A stretch of 64,000 nt of DNA, from NCBI GenBank assembly GCA_965228735.1, contig OZ245838.1, forward strand, positions 32,001 to 96,000, in the 5' to 3' direction. The notes beneath the pieces were generated by a model, which did not search any database, was not told where the DNA came from, and saw only the letters and a list, made by a program, of their open reading frames with translations. This document shows, one piece after another, positions 1 through 9,052 of the stretch (position 1 is its first letter; the number at the start of each line of letters is the position of its first letter). The position numbers and the translations under genes were made by a program. The stretch comes from Planctomycetota bacterium (GTDB lineage Bacteria; Planctomycetota; UBA1135; UBA2386).

Positions 1-2230
1 CGACGTCCTTGCCGCCCGGTACGGGCTCGAGGCCGACGAACGCGATGCAGCCGTCGGCGCGGCGGCCGACCTCGTCCTGGCAGTTCAGCAGCACCCCGTC
101 CTGGCGTTCGCCGTCGACGTAGACCCGGACGTCGATCGCCGCGATCTGGTCCGCGCTGAGCTCGCGGTGGAAGTGCAGCGTCCAGGGCATCGCGACGACG
201 TCGGTGGGGCCCTTGCCCTTCGCCGCGAGCGCCGCGGCGACGCGCGGGCCGAGGTCCCGAACGCGCGCGCTGCCCGGCACGGGGCCCTGACCGGCCCGCG
301 GCCAGCACAGCGGGCCGCCGCGGGTCGTGTGGTCGACGGGCGAGGTCAGGTCGAGCACGACCGCGTTCTTGTCGCGGTTGCTGCCGAGCAGGCCGCGCCC
401 GGCGTGCAGCAGCGCGTCCCGCGCAGCCGGGATCGCGAGCCACTGCTGGACCGCGGCTGCCGGCTCCACGTCGCGGGCGACGAGCACCGTGTCGCCGACG
501 CTCGCGGGTGCGTCCGGCAGCGGGATGTCGTCCTTGGGTTTGCGTTCGCGGTCGCGTTCGGCCTTCTCGTACGCAGCGACCCAGTCGAGCGCGCCTTCGG
601 CATCTTCGTGTTCGCTGAAGTAGAACCCGACGGGCCCGCGCGCGGCCGCGATGCGCGCGGCGTTGACGGCGTCGACGACTTCGCGGGCGGCTTCCCGCGC
701 CTTGCGCTTCCTGTCCTTCTCCGGGCCGAGCGGGTCGCGCTTCATCGCGGCGCGCAGATCGCCCTGCCGCGCCCAGAACTGCCGCCAGTCGTGGTCGATC
801 TTCGGCAGTTCGAGCCCGGTGCGCTGTTGGAACTCGGCCTCGACCTGCGGCGGCGTCTTCGCGACGTCGTTCTGGCTCTGGTCGAGCTCCCACAGCAGCT
901 CCGGCCGCCAGTGGAACAGGTAGTCGCAGATGGCCCACGCCTTGACGCGCTGCTCCGTCGTGAAGCGCGCCGCCGAGATGAGCACGAGCTCGCTCGTCCG
1001 CGTGTCGCTCTTGCTCCACGCGGACTGCTCGGCGATCTTCTTCCACGCGTCGATGTCCGGCACGAGCAGCTGCTGCGCCCATGACGCGACCGTGCGCTGG
1101 TCCTGTTGCTCGAGCAGGAACGTGATCGTCTTGCCGAACAGCATGCCGCAGGCCGCGTGACCGAGGCCTTCCCAGAGCCCGTCGGTCACGAGCCCGACGG
1201 CGTCCTGGACCGCGCTGCGCACGCTCTGGTCGAACGCCTCGTCGTTGCTGCCGTTGGTCTTGATGAAGCGGACCTGCCCGCCGTCGTGCTTCAAGAACGC
1301 GAGGTCGACGTGCTCCTTGAGGAACTGCAGACGTTCCGGCGTGAACTGGTCGGCGCACTGGTCGAGGACCTTGTGATAGACCTTCTCGTCGGTGACGAGG
1401 ATCAGCGTGCGGTAGCCGCGCGGGAAGAACGGCTCGCCCGTGGTCACGCCGAAGAGCGTGCGGCAGAGCGCGAGCGCGCGTTCGCAGTGCGCCGCGACCT
1501 CCTGCAGCTGCGTGCCGGGGAGCGCGCCCCAGATCCGGTAGTTCTCCGTCCGGTATCCGGTGTGCGGCACGCCCGCGCGTTCGAGCAACGGGTGCTTCCC
1601 GCCGTCCATCCGCTCGACGGTGAACTCGTGCCGGTGCAGGTACTCGACCGCGCCGCGAATCGCGATGCCGCGGCGCAGCCGGTGCAGCTCGTCGGCCGTG
1701 CCCTGGAACCCCTGGAACTCGTCGAGCGCGAGCTCCTTGGTCGCGCTCTTGTCGTCCGGCGACAGCGCGAGCACCCGGCGCCAGTGCGCGGTCGACTTGA
1801 CCGTTTCGCCGGCCTTCGCCCAGCTCTTCGCGACGTCCCGATGACGCTTGATCTGGTCGCGGCGAAAGCGGTCGAGCTCGCGATCGAGCTTGCGCAGCGC
1901 GCTCTTCTTCGCCTCGAGGTTCTTCTCGAGGACGAGCTTGTAGGGGTCGGGCTGCCACCGGCTGCCGACGAGCGTGAAGCCGCAGGCGGCGCGCGCCTTC
2001 TCGTCGTCCTCGCGATACTCGAGGAGGATCTCCTTCCGCAACGCGAGCGCCGTGCCGTGCTGCTTCGCCGCGGCGTAGCCGTCCGCGAGCTCGTGGAGCG
2101 CCTCGACGGCGAACGCGCGGAGCTCGTCCTCACGCTTCAGTGCGGCGGTCGCGTCCTGCGCGAGCAGGACGGGGCCGGGCGAGACGGCGAGCGCGAGGGC
2201 CGCGGCGACGGCGGTCAGGGGTCGGACCAT
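1..2230 (-). CDS. Large secreted hypothetical protein, partial (3' end runs off the window); degenerate CAP/SCP-like segment near the C-terminus
   Basis: Not in the ORF track because there is no stop in the window. ATG at 2230 reads MVRPLTAVAAALALAVSPGPVLLAQDA (signal peptide); open frame with high GC3 to position 2; motifs GLWEGLGHA and AAVQQWLAIPAARDALLHAG. Confidence 0.85.
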   Translation of the reverse strand, partial: MVRPLTAVAAALALAVSPGPVLLAQDATAALKREDELRAFAVEALHELADGYAAAKQHGTALALRKEILLEYREDDEKARAACGFTLVGSRWQPDPYKLVLEKNLEAKKSALRKLDRELDRFRRDQIKRHRDVAKSWAKAGETVKSTAHWRRVLALSPDDKSATKELALDEFQGFQGTADELHRLRRGIAIRGAVEYLHRHEFTVERMDGGKHPLLERAGVPHTGYRTENYRIWGALPGTQLQEVAAHCERALALCRTLFGVTTGEPFFPRGYRTLILVTDEKVYHKVLDQCADQFTPERLQFLKEHVDLAFLKHDGGQVRFIKTNGSNDEAFDQSVRSAVQDAVGLVTDGLWEGLGHAACGMLFGKTITFLLEQQDQRTVASWAQQLLVPDIDAWKKIAEQSAWSKSDTRTSELVLISAARFTTEQRVKAWAICDYLFHWRPELLWELDQSQNDVAKTPPQVEAEFQQRTGLELPKIDHDWRQFWARQGDLRAAMKRDPLGPEKDRKRKAREAAREVVDAVNAARIAAARGPVGFYFSEHEDAEGALDWVAAYEKAERDRERKPKDDIPLPDAPASVGDTVLVARDVEPAAAVQQWLAIPAARDALLHAGRGLLGSNRDKNAVVLDLTSPVDHTTRGGPLCWPRAGQGPVPGSARVRDLGPRVAAALAAKGKGPTDVVAMPWTLHFHRELSADQIAAIDVRVYVDGERQDGVLLNCQDEVGRRADGCIAFVGLEPVPGGKDV

Positions 2231-2305
2231 CCCGCCAGTGTAGCGGCCGCCGGCCCTGCAGCAGGACAGCTCGTCCGTAGGACAGCTGTTCCGCAGGTCC
2301 GGCGT

Positions 2306-4870
2306 TCAGTAGGTCAGCTGGTTGACGTCGCCGGCGCTCAGCGTCAGCGTCTCGCGTCGGACCACCTCCTCGCCGCGCAGCAGCACGAGCCGCGCGGCGG
2401 TGTCCGGCACGACGAAGACCGGTGACCGGCCGTCCTCGAACGCGAGCGTGTCCGTCGTGCGGCGGCCGTTGCCGGTGAAGACGTTGATCGGCAGCGGCTC
2501 GTCCTCGGCGTCGAGCACGGCGAGCGAGGTCGCCAGCGCCGTGTCCTGCAGCGTCACCTGCACGTGCAGCCGCCGGCGGACCGTGATGCGCACGTTCCGT
2601 TCGTCGCCTTGGCTGAGTTCGAGCAGGCCGCCGGCCGCGCCGCGGCCGAACTCGCGCGGCAGGATCGGCTCGCCGTCGATGCGCAGGTAGACGCGCGTCT
2701 TCGGCACGTCCGTGAGGCGGAACCGCCCCTCGGCGTCCGTCGTCGCCACCTGCTCGGTGCCGCCGTGCATGTTCGTGCGACCGACGCTCACCGTGTCGCA
2801 CTGCAGGCGCACCGTGGCACCTTCGACGGGCTGGCCGTCGGCGCCGACGATCGTGCCCCCGAGCGTGGCGAACACCGCGTCCGCGGGCATCGTGATCACG
2901 TTGCCCGTGCTGCCGGCCGGGATCCCCTGCACGTCGACCATCAAGAGCGTGTCCATCGCCATGGCCCGAAGGGCGTACGCGCGATCCTCGAGACCGCCCA
3001 GCTCGAACTCGCCGTTGCTGTCGGTGAACACGAACGGCCACATCGTCGTCGGCGTGCGCGAGACCGTCTGGCGTGGGTTGGTGATCTCGCCGCGGCGGAA
3101 GCGCGCGATGATCTCGTCGACCGACACGCAGTCCGATGCGATGCCCTCGCTCACGCTGCCGCCGTGCAGCGTGCCGTCGGTGATCCAGACCTTGATGTCG
3201 GCGACGCCGCGGCCGTCGGCGTCCACGACGCGACCGCGGATCGCGAGCGGTTGGGCGCCGAGCGGCAGAACCACGAAGCCTGGCCAACCGTGCTCGGGGC
3301 GTTCGGCGATGCCGCGCCGGTGGCCGGGGTGGGCGACCGCGAGCCGCGGTGATTCGCCGTCGTCGTCGATCACGAACATGCCGGCCTCGTCCGTGACGAT
3401 CGACGCGGACCCGAGCGCGACCGTCGCGCCGGCAACGGGCATGTTGCGCGCGTCGACGACCTGGCCCTGGACCGCGCCGTCCCGGGCCACGGGCTTCTGC
3501 AGCACGATGTCGAGGCCGGGGCTGTCGAGAGCCGGCAGTTCCCGGCGGTCGGGCACGTAGCCGTCCTTCGTCGTGACGAGCATCGCGCCGCGAACCCGAG
3601 CCGCGGCGAGCGCGAAGGCGCCGTCGTCGCCCGTCGTCATGAACACGGCCTCCGTCGTGGCCGCATCGCTGTTGTCGGACAGCCGCGAACGCAGATCCTC
3701 GGGCCAGGCGATCTGCACGTTGGCGCCGGCGAGCACCGCGCCGTCCGCGCCGCGCACGTGACCGGCGAGCGCGAGCGTCGGGGCGGCGACGACGAGCGCG
3801 AGCTTGGGGACGCCCGTGTTGCGCACTGCGGCGGCCATGACCGTGGTCCAGCCGGCGTCGGCAGCGACGATGCGGCCGTAGCTGCCGCCGAGCGGGATCT
3901 CGAAGGCCGCGGCCGCGTCACTCGTCGTGCGCGGCGCGTCGTCCGCCGGCCCGCCGATCCGCGGCGCGAGCACGACGTCGAGGTTGGGCAGCGGGTTGCC
4001 CTCGGGGTCGACGGTGCGGCCGGTTGCGCGGCGCTCGGGCGGTGCCGGTGTCACGTTCGCGACCGGCTCGGCTGGCGGTGTCGTCGGCGTCGCGGCCTCG
4101 CGCACGGGGGCGCCGTCGGTGGTCGGTGGCACGGTCGGCCGGTCGACGTCGGCGCTCGCGACCTGCGCGTTGCTGCCCGTCTCGGGTGCGGCGACCGGCG
4201 CGTCGGTCCAGTCGATCGTGGTGGCGGTGACGGCGATCGCGGTGACGGCGATCGCTGTGGCGGCGATGAACTTCGTCTTCATGGCAAGGGCGCCGACCGC
4301 GGACGCGGTGGCGGGCATCGGAATCAGCGGCAACAGCGCGGCCATCCAGGCCTGGCGGCTGCCGCGGGTCTTGTCGAGCCGCAGCCGCAGGCGTTCGAGA
4401 CCGCGGGTCAGGTGGGTGTGCACCGTGCCGACCGGGATGCCCTTCTGCCGCGCGATCTCGCGCGGCGGCAGGTCCTCGAAGAAGCGCAACAGGACCGTCG
4501 AGCGATACGGCTCGTCGAGCGTGAGCACCGCGTCGACGACCGCGCGCTGCGTCGCGGCGCGTTCGACGAGGTCCGCGGTCGACGGCGCCGACCGACCCGG
4601 ATCCGCGTCGGTCTGCGCCGCGTCCTCGCGGTTCTTGCGGCGGATGTCCTGTCGTTGCCGCTGGCGAACGAGGTTCTGGAGCACCTTCGCGAGCCAGCCG
4701 CGCAGGTTCTCGTGCCGTTCGGGCGGCCGCTGCATCGCGACGAGACACGCGTCCTGGACCAGGTCGTCCGCATCGAGTCCGGGAGCCGCGAGCTGGCGCG
4801 CCAGTTCGCGGACCCAGCGGGCCTCGGTCAGGATCTCCTGCAGTCGAAGGGTCACGGTCGGGGGTCGCAC
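2306..4870 (-). CDS. ECF sigma-70 factor fused to a hydrophobic segment and repeated carboxypeptidase-regulatory-like (prealbumin-fold) domains
   Basis: sigma2 DADDLVQDA..NLRGWLAKVLQN; sigma4 LDEPYRSTVLLRFFEDLPPREIA..GTVHTHLTRG; repeats GRTVDPEGNPL, GHVRGADGAVLAGA, GQVVDARNMPVAGA, TDAEGRFRL. Confidence 0.85.
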   Translation of the reverse strand: MRPPTVTLRLQEILTEARWVRELARQLAAPGLDADDLVQDACLVAMQRPPERHENLRGWLAKVLQNLVRQRQRQDIRRKNREDAAQTDADPGRSAPSTADLVERAATQRAVVDAVLTLDEPYRSTVLLRFFEDLPPREIARQKGIPVGTVHTHLTRGLERLRLRLDKTRGSRQAWMAALLPLIPMPATASAVGALAMKTKFIAATAIAVTAIAVTATTIDWTDAPVAAPETGSNAQVASADVDRPTVPPTTDGAPVREAATPTTPPAEPVANVTPAPPERRATGRTVDPEGNPLPNLDVVLAPRIGGPADDAPRTTSDAAAAFEIPLGGSYGRIVAADAGWTTVMAAAVRNTGVPKLALVVAAPTLALAGHVRGADGAVLAGANVQIAWPEDLRSRLSDNSDAATTEAVFMTTGDDGAFALAAARVRGAMLVTTKDGYVPDRRELPALDSPGLDIVLQKPVARDGAVQGQVVDARNMPVAGATVALGSASIVTDEAGMFVIDDDGESPRLAVAHPGHRRGIAERPEHGWPGFVVLPLGAQPLAIRGRVVDADGRGVADIKVWITDGTLHGGSVSEGIASDCVSVDEIIARFRRGEITNPRQTVSRTPTTMWPFVFTDSNGEFELGGLEDRAYALRAMAMDTLLMVDVQGIPAGSTGNVITMPADAVFATLGGTIVGADGQPVEGATVRLQCDTVSVGRTNMHGGTEQVATTDAEGRFRLTDVPKTRVYLRIDGEPILPREFGRGAAGGLLELSQGDERNVRITVRRRLHVQVTLQDTALATSLAVLDAEDEPLPINVFTGNGRRTTDTLAFEDGRSPVFVVPDTAARLVLLRGEEVVRRETLTLSAGDVNQLTY

Positions 4871-4919
4871 GGCAACGGGTTCAATGCCGCCGATGCGTGA
4901 TTCTCGTCGGGAGATTCGC

Positions 4920-4951
4920 CTCTGGGGGCGAAAAACTCTGGGGGCGAAAAA
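4920..4951. repeat. Tandem 16-bp direct repeat CTCTGGGGGCGAAAAA x2 upstream of the ECF gene
   Basis: Read directly at 4920-4935 and 4936-4951. Confidence 0.8.
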
Positions 4952-4967
4952 GCTGCCGCTGTCCCGC

Positions 4968-5286
4968 TCAGCGCAGGATCAGTTCGACCGCATGCTGCTT
5001 GCCGCTCTCCGCCAGAATCGGCGTGCCGGGCGCGTTGGCGTCGCCGCCGGTGCCGACGAAGACCTCGACGTCACCGGGGCGCACGCCGCGGAAGCCGAAC
5101 CGGCCCAGGCTGTCCGTGATGCGAACTGGCGCCCGCAGGTTCCGCTTCTCGTCGGCGCGGCGGAGGTGGACCCGCCGTCTTCGGCAACGTGTAGAGCGTG
5201 CTTGTCCGAGGACTAGCGTCCTGCGCCGCACCCGTCGAGCCGGCGGCGAACGCGACGACGAACGCGAACTGGCCGGGGCGGAACAT
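4968..5286 (-). pseudogene. Frameshifted or internally deleted remnant of a secreted carboxypeptidase-regulatory-like domain protein
   Basis: Signal-like MFRPGQFAFVVAFAAGSTGAAQD in one frame; high-GC3 tail RITDSLGRFGFRGVRPGDVEVFV...HAVELILR* in another frame. Confidence 0.45.
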
Positions 5287-5408
5287 GGTGCGAAGACAAC
5301 GCCGCGCGCGTCGGCCGCTCGCGAGCCCTCTTCGGCCGCGATCGCTGCCGATTGCGCGGTCGACCTCTTGACACCCCGCGGCGAGTGCCGATAGAACGCG
5401 GCAGACAA

Positions 5409-5544
5409 CTCATCCAGACCAGCCGAGGGACGGGCCCGACGACGCTGGGGCAACCACGGTTCGCCGCGATCATTCGCGCGATACGCAGGTGCCAACTCCC
5501 GCGACCAGTGGGTCGGCTCCGCCGTCCCGTCGTCGAAAGATGAG
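5409..5544 (+). ncRNA. SAM-I (S-box) riboswitch
   Basis: P1 CTCATC...GATGAG; conserved ATCCAGA, GAGGGA-GGCCC, GGCAACC, AGGTGCCAACTCC, GAAAGATGAG; lies directly upstream of methionine biosynthesis genes. Confidence 0.92.
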
Positions 5545-5627
5545 CTTGTGTTCGAACGTGTGTGCGTTCGGCAGGCTCGTCGACTGGTCGCAGGAGCCTG
5601 GCACGGGCCCGGAAGGCAACGATTCCG

Positions 5628-6788
5628 ATGGTTCGACCCGATGCGCGCCCGAGCGGCGCCGATCTCTCGCCGCGGCCTGCCGCCGCTTCTCGTTCCCCAG
5701 TGCCGAGCTCGATCGCGCTCGCCACGGCATCCAAGGAGGGCCCGGACACGGTGGGCTTCCGGTCTTCGGGGCAGTCGCCGGGTCGCCGTGCGCTGCACCT
5801 CGTCGGGCCGGGCGCCGTCGGGCGGCAGTTCTTGCGGCTCGTGCAGGACGGACAGTTCTGCGTCGTCGCCGTCACGGACTCGACCGCGACGGTGTTCGAT
5901 CGCGACGGGCTCGACGTCGCGGCGATCGCGCTGCACAAGGAACGCGGCGAATCGCTGGCGACGTTCCCGGGCAGTGAAGCGATCGCGACCGAGCTCGCGA
6001 TCGAGCTGGTCGCCGCGGACGTCGTCGCCGACGCGACGCCGTCGCGGCCCGGTGATGCCGAGGCCGCGCTCCTGCGCGCGCGCGCGGCGCTGCGCTCCGG
6101 TGCCCAGCTCGCGCTGGCCGGCAAGAACGCGGTCGCGCTCGCCGCGCCCGAGCTGCTGCTCGGGAGCAACCGCGGGCGGGTCGGCGTGCGCGCGACGTTC
6201 GGCGGCGCGGGGGATCAGCTGCTCACCGAGCTGCCCGAACTGCGCGTCAACTGCCGCGAGATCGCGCTCGTCGGCAACGTCACGACGACGGTGATCGTCA
6301 ACGCGATCGAGGCTGGCGCGTCGGTCGACGAGGGCGTCGCGGAGGCCGAACGCCGCGGTTTGCTGGAGCCGGACCGCAGTCTCGACCTCGACGGCGTCGA
6401 CGCCGCGACCAAGCTCGTGGCGGTGCACGGCGCGGTGTTCGGCGAGCGCTGGCTCGCGAGTCTGGATCCGCTGGCCGTCGAGCGTCAGAGCGTGCGTGAA
6501 CTCGATGCCGACGAGCTGCGGGCGCGGCGCCGGCGTGGTCACACGACGCGACTCGTCGCGCGGTGCGCGCGCGACGGCAAGCCGCGCGTCGCGTTCGAGG
6601 AGGTGCCGGTCGGCGCGCCGCTCGCCGCGCCCGCGGATCGCGTCGTCTACACGTTCGATCTGCCGGCCGGGGTGCGCGTGCACACCGGCCTCGCCGTGGG
6701 CTACGAGAAGACGGCCGCGGCGCTGCTCGCCGATTGCCGCGCGCTCGTCTCCCGGAGTGGCACCGCGGACGAGGGGGTGCAGCGATGA
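5628..6788 (+). CDS. hom: Homoserine dehydrogenase (divergent, monofunctional)
   Basis: Rossmann GPGAVG; AEAERRGLLEPDRSLDLDGVDAATKL matches the HSD catalytic region; GGAAGG before ATG 5628; start uncertain. Confidence 0.75.
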   Translation: MVRPDARPSGADLSPRPAAASRSPVPSSIALATASKEGPDTVGFRSSGQSPGRRALHLVGPGAVGRQFLRLVQDGQFCVVAVTDSTATVFDRDGLDVAAIALHKERGESLATFPGSEAIATELAIELVAADVVADATPSRPGDAEAALLRARAALRSGAQLALAGKNAVALAAPELLLGSNRGRVGVRATFGGAGDQLLTELPELRVNCREIALVGNVTTTVIVNAIEAGASVDEGVAEAERRGLLEPDRSLDLDGVDAATKLVAVHGAVFGERWLASLDPLAVERQSVRELDADELRARRRRGHTTRLVARCARDGKPRVAFEEVPVGAPLAAPADRVVYTFDLPAGVRVHTGLAVGYEKTAAALLADCRALVSRSGTADEGVQR

Positions 6789-7726
6789 GCGCCGCCATCA
6801 CGTTGCCGCCCGATGCCCTGCTCTGCCACCTCCCGGCGACGTTCGAGCTCGAGCGCGGCGGGCACCTGCCGGGCGGCGTCGTCGCCTACGAACTCGACGG
6901 CCCGGCGGGTGCGCCCGTCGTCGTCGTGCTCGGCGGGATCTCGGCCGACCGGCGGCCCGCGTCGTGGTGGCGCGGCGTCGTCGGCGACGGGCTCGCGGTC
7001 GACACGCGGCGCTTCCGCGTGCTCGCGATCGACTGGCTCGGCGGCGCCGGTTGCTCCACCGGGCCGGGCGCGGGCGAGCCGTTCCCGTTCGTGACGACCC
7101 GGGATCAGGCCGACGCGCTCGCGCTCGTGCTCGATCAGCTCGGGGTCGAATGCGTGCACGCGCTCGTCGGCGCGAGCTACGGCGGGATGGTGGGGCTGCA
7201 GTTCGCGGCGCGGCACGGCGAACGCGTCGACTGGCTCGCCGTGCTCGCGGCCGCGGACCGCAGTCATCCGCAGGCGAGCGCGTGGCGCTGGCTGCAGCGC
7301 GGCATCGTCGAGCTCGGCGAACGCGCGGGCGAACGGGACGCGGCGCTCGCGCTCGCGCGGGGACTCGCGATGACCACGTATCGCTCGCCCGGCGAGCTGG
7401 CCGAGCGCTTCGCGAGCGGCGTCGAGGTGCACGACTGGCTCGCGGTCCGCGGCCAGGCGTTCGCGGAGCGGTTCCTGCCCGAGCAGTTCGTGTGCCTCAA
7501 TCGTTCGATCGACGAGCACGCCGTTCTCGCGGAGAAGATCGCGCTCGCGGCCGTGACGTTCGTCGGCTTCGACAGCGATCAGCTCGTGCCCGCCGCCGAC
7601 GTGCGCCGGCTTGCGCACGCGGTGCCCGGGGCCAGATACGAGGAAGTGCCGACGCCGTTCGGCCACGACGGGTTCCTGAAGGAAGTCGACGCCGTGTCCG
7701 CGATCCTGCGGGAGGTGCTGCGATGA
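6785..7726 (+). CDS. metX: Homoserine O-acyltransferase, MetX family (probably the succinyltransferase type)
   Basis: LGGISAD, GASYGGMV nucleophile elbow, GHDGFLKE; ATGA overlap with hom. Confidence 0.88.
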   Translation: MSAAITLPPDALLCHLPATFELERGGHLPGGVVAYELDGPAGAPVVVVLGGISADRRPASWWRGVVGDGLAVDTRRFRVLAIDWLGGAGCSTGPGAGEPFPFVTTRDQADALALVLDQLGVECVHALVGASYGGMVGLQFAARHGERVDWLAVLAAADRSHPQASAWRWLQRGIVELGERAGERDAALALARGLAMTTYRSPGELAERFASGVEVHDWLAVRGQAFAERFLPEQFVCLNRSIDEHAVLAEKIALAAVTFVGFDSDQLVPAADVRRLAHAVPGARYEEVPTPFGHDGFLKEVDAVSAILREVLR

Positions 7727-8928
7727 CGCTGCTCCCGCGACCTGAGGTCGGCCGCGTTCGCCCCGAGACCGTGGCGGTTCGCGCCGGCATCGCCGAGGAC
7801 CCGACGCACCGCGCCGTGAGTCCGCCGCTCTACCTGTCGGCGAACTTCGCGTTCGATGGTTATGACGAAAAGCGCCCGTACGACTACACGCGCAGCGGCA
7901 ATCCGACGCGCGACGAGTTCGGCAGCGCGCTGGCGCGGCTCGAGGGCGGCGCTGGCGGGGTCGTCACCGCGAGCGGCATGGCGGCGATCACGCTCGTGCT
8001 GCAGCTGCTCGAGCCCGGCGACCTGCTCGTCGTGCCGCACGACGGCTACGGCGGCACGTGGCGCCTCGTCGACGCGCTGGCGCGGAAGGGGCACTTCGAG
8101 GTCGCGCTCGTCGATCAACGCGACGAGGCGGCGCTGATCCGCGCGTTCGAGCGGCGGCCGAAGCTCGTCTGGGCGGAGACGCCGAGCAACCCGCTGCTGC
8201 GGCTCGTCGACCTCGAGCGGCTCGCTGGGCGTTGTCGGAACGTGGGGGCGCTGTTCGCGGTCGACAACACGTTCTTGTCGCCGGCCCGCCAGAACCCGAT
8301 CGCGCACGGTGCGGACCTCGTGATCCACAGCACGACGAAGTACGTGAACGGTCACAGCGACGTCGTCGGCGGTGCGGTGATCGCGCGTTCTGCCGAGCTG
8401 CACGAGCGGCTCGCGTGGTGGGCGAACGCGTTAGGCATCACGGGTGCGCCGTTCGACAGCTGGCTCGCGCTGCGCGGCCTGCGCACGCTCGAGGCGCGCC
8501 TGCGGCTGCACGAGGAGAACGCCAGGCCGATCGCGGAGCTGCTGGCAGAGCATCCGGCCGTGGCCGCCGTGCACTACCCGGGTCTGCCGAGTCACCCCGA
8601 CCACGAACTCGCGAAGCGTCAGCAGCGCGGTTTCGGCGGGATGGTCAGCTTCGAGCTGCAGGACTGCGACGCCGTGCCGGACTTCCTCGCGAGTCTCCGC
8701 CACTTCACGCTGGCCGAGTCCCTCGGCGGCGTCGAGAGCCTCGTCGCGCACCCGGCAACGATGACGCACGCCGCGATGACTCCCGAGGTGCGGGCCGAGG
8801 CTGGTATCAGCGACGGCCTGATCCGCCTCAGCGTCGGCATCGAAGCAACGGCAGACCTGCTGACCGATCTCCAAGCAGCCCTCGCATCGGTGCCCGTACG
8901 GAACCTGGTTCAAGGTGCAACGCCCTGA
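7723..8928 (+). CDS. metB: Cystathionine gamma-synthase / O-succinylhomoserine (thiol)-lyase
   Basis: YDYTRSGNPTR, SGMAA, ETPSNP, DNTF, HSTTKYVNGHSD (PLP lysine), AESLGGVESL; ATGA overlap. Confidence 0.93.
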   Translation: MTLLPRPEVGRVRPETVAVRAGIAEDPTHRAVSPPLYLSANFAFDGYDEKRPYDYTRSGNPTRDEFGSALARLEGGAGGVVTASGMAAITLVLQLLEPGDLLVVPHDGYGGTWRLVDALARKGHFEVALVDQRDEAALIRAFERRPKLVWAETPSNPLLRLVDLERLAGRCRNVGALFAVDNTFLSPARQNPIAHGADLVIHSTTKYVNGHSDVVGGAVIARSAELHERLAWWANALGITGAPFDSWLALRGLRTLEARLRLHEENARPIAELLAEHPAVAAVHYPGLPSHPDHELAKRQQRGFGGMVSFELQDCDAVPDFLASLRHFTLAESLGGVESLVAHPATMTHAAMTPEVRAEAGISDGLIRLSVGIEATADLLTDLQAALASVPVRNLVQGATP

Positions 8929-9007
8929 ATGCAGGCGGGCGACCGCGTTGCGGTGCAGGCCGGTTGGCGAAGTCGTTGGCAGATGCCCGCGTCGCCGCAC
9001 GCCGGCC

Positions 9008-9049
9008 CGGCACCGTGAACCCGGTACCGTACGGCCGGGTTTGGTGCCG
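9008..9049. terminator. GC-rich stem-loop between the convergent metB and SSS genes
   Basis: CGGCACC/GGTGCCG and GAACCCGG/CCGGGTTT stems; no clear poly-U tail. Confidence 0.45.
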
Positions 9050-9052
9050 CCG

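Noticed and set aside
167..2425. Long plus-strand ORFs 167-1084 and 1106-2425 (and similar Arg/Ala-rich ORFs throughout)
   Set aside because: Antisense or off-frame shadows of real high-GC genes; the true gene here is on the minus strand
6496..7722. 810-aa N-terminally extended MetB
   Set aside because: The extension overlaps hom/metX out of frame; the real start is the coupled ATG at 7723
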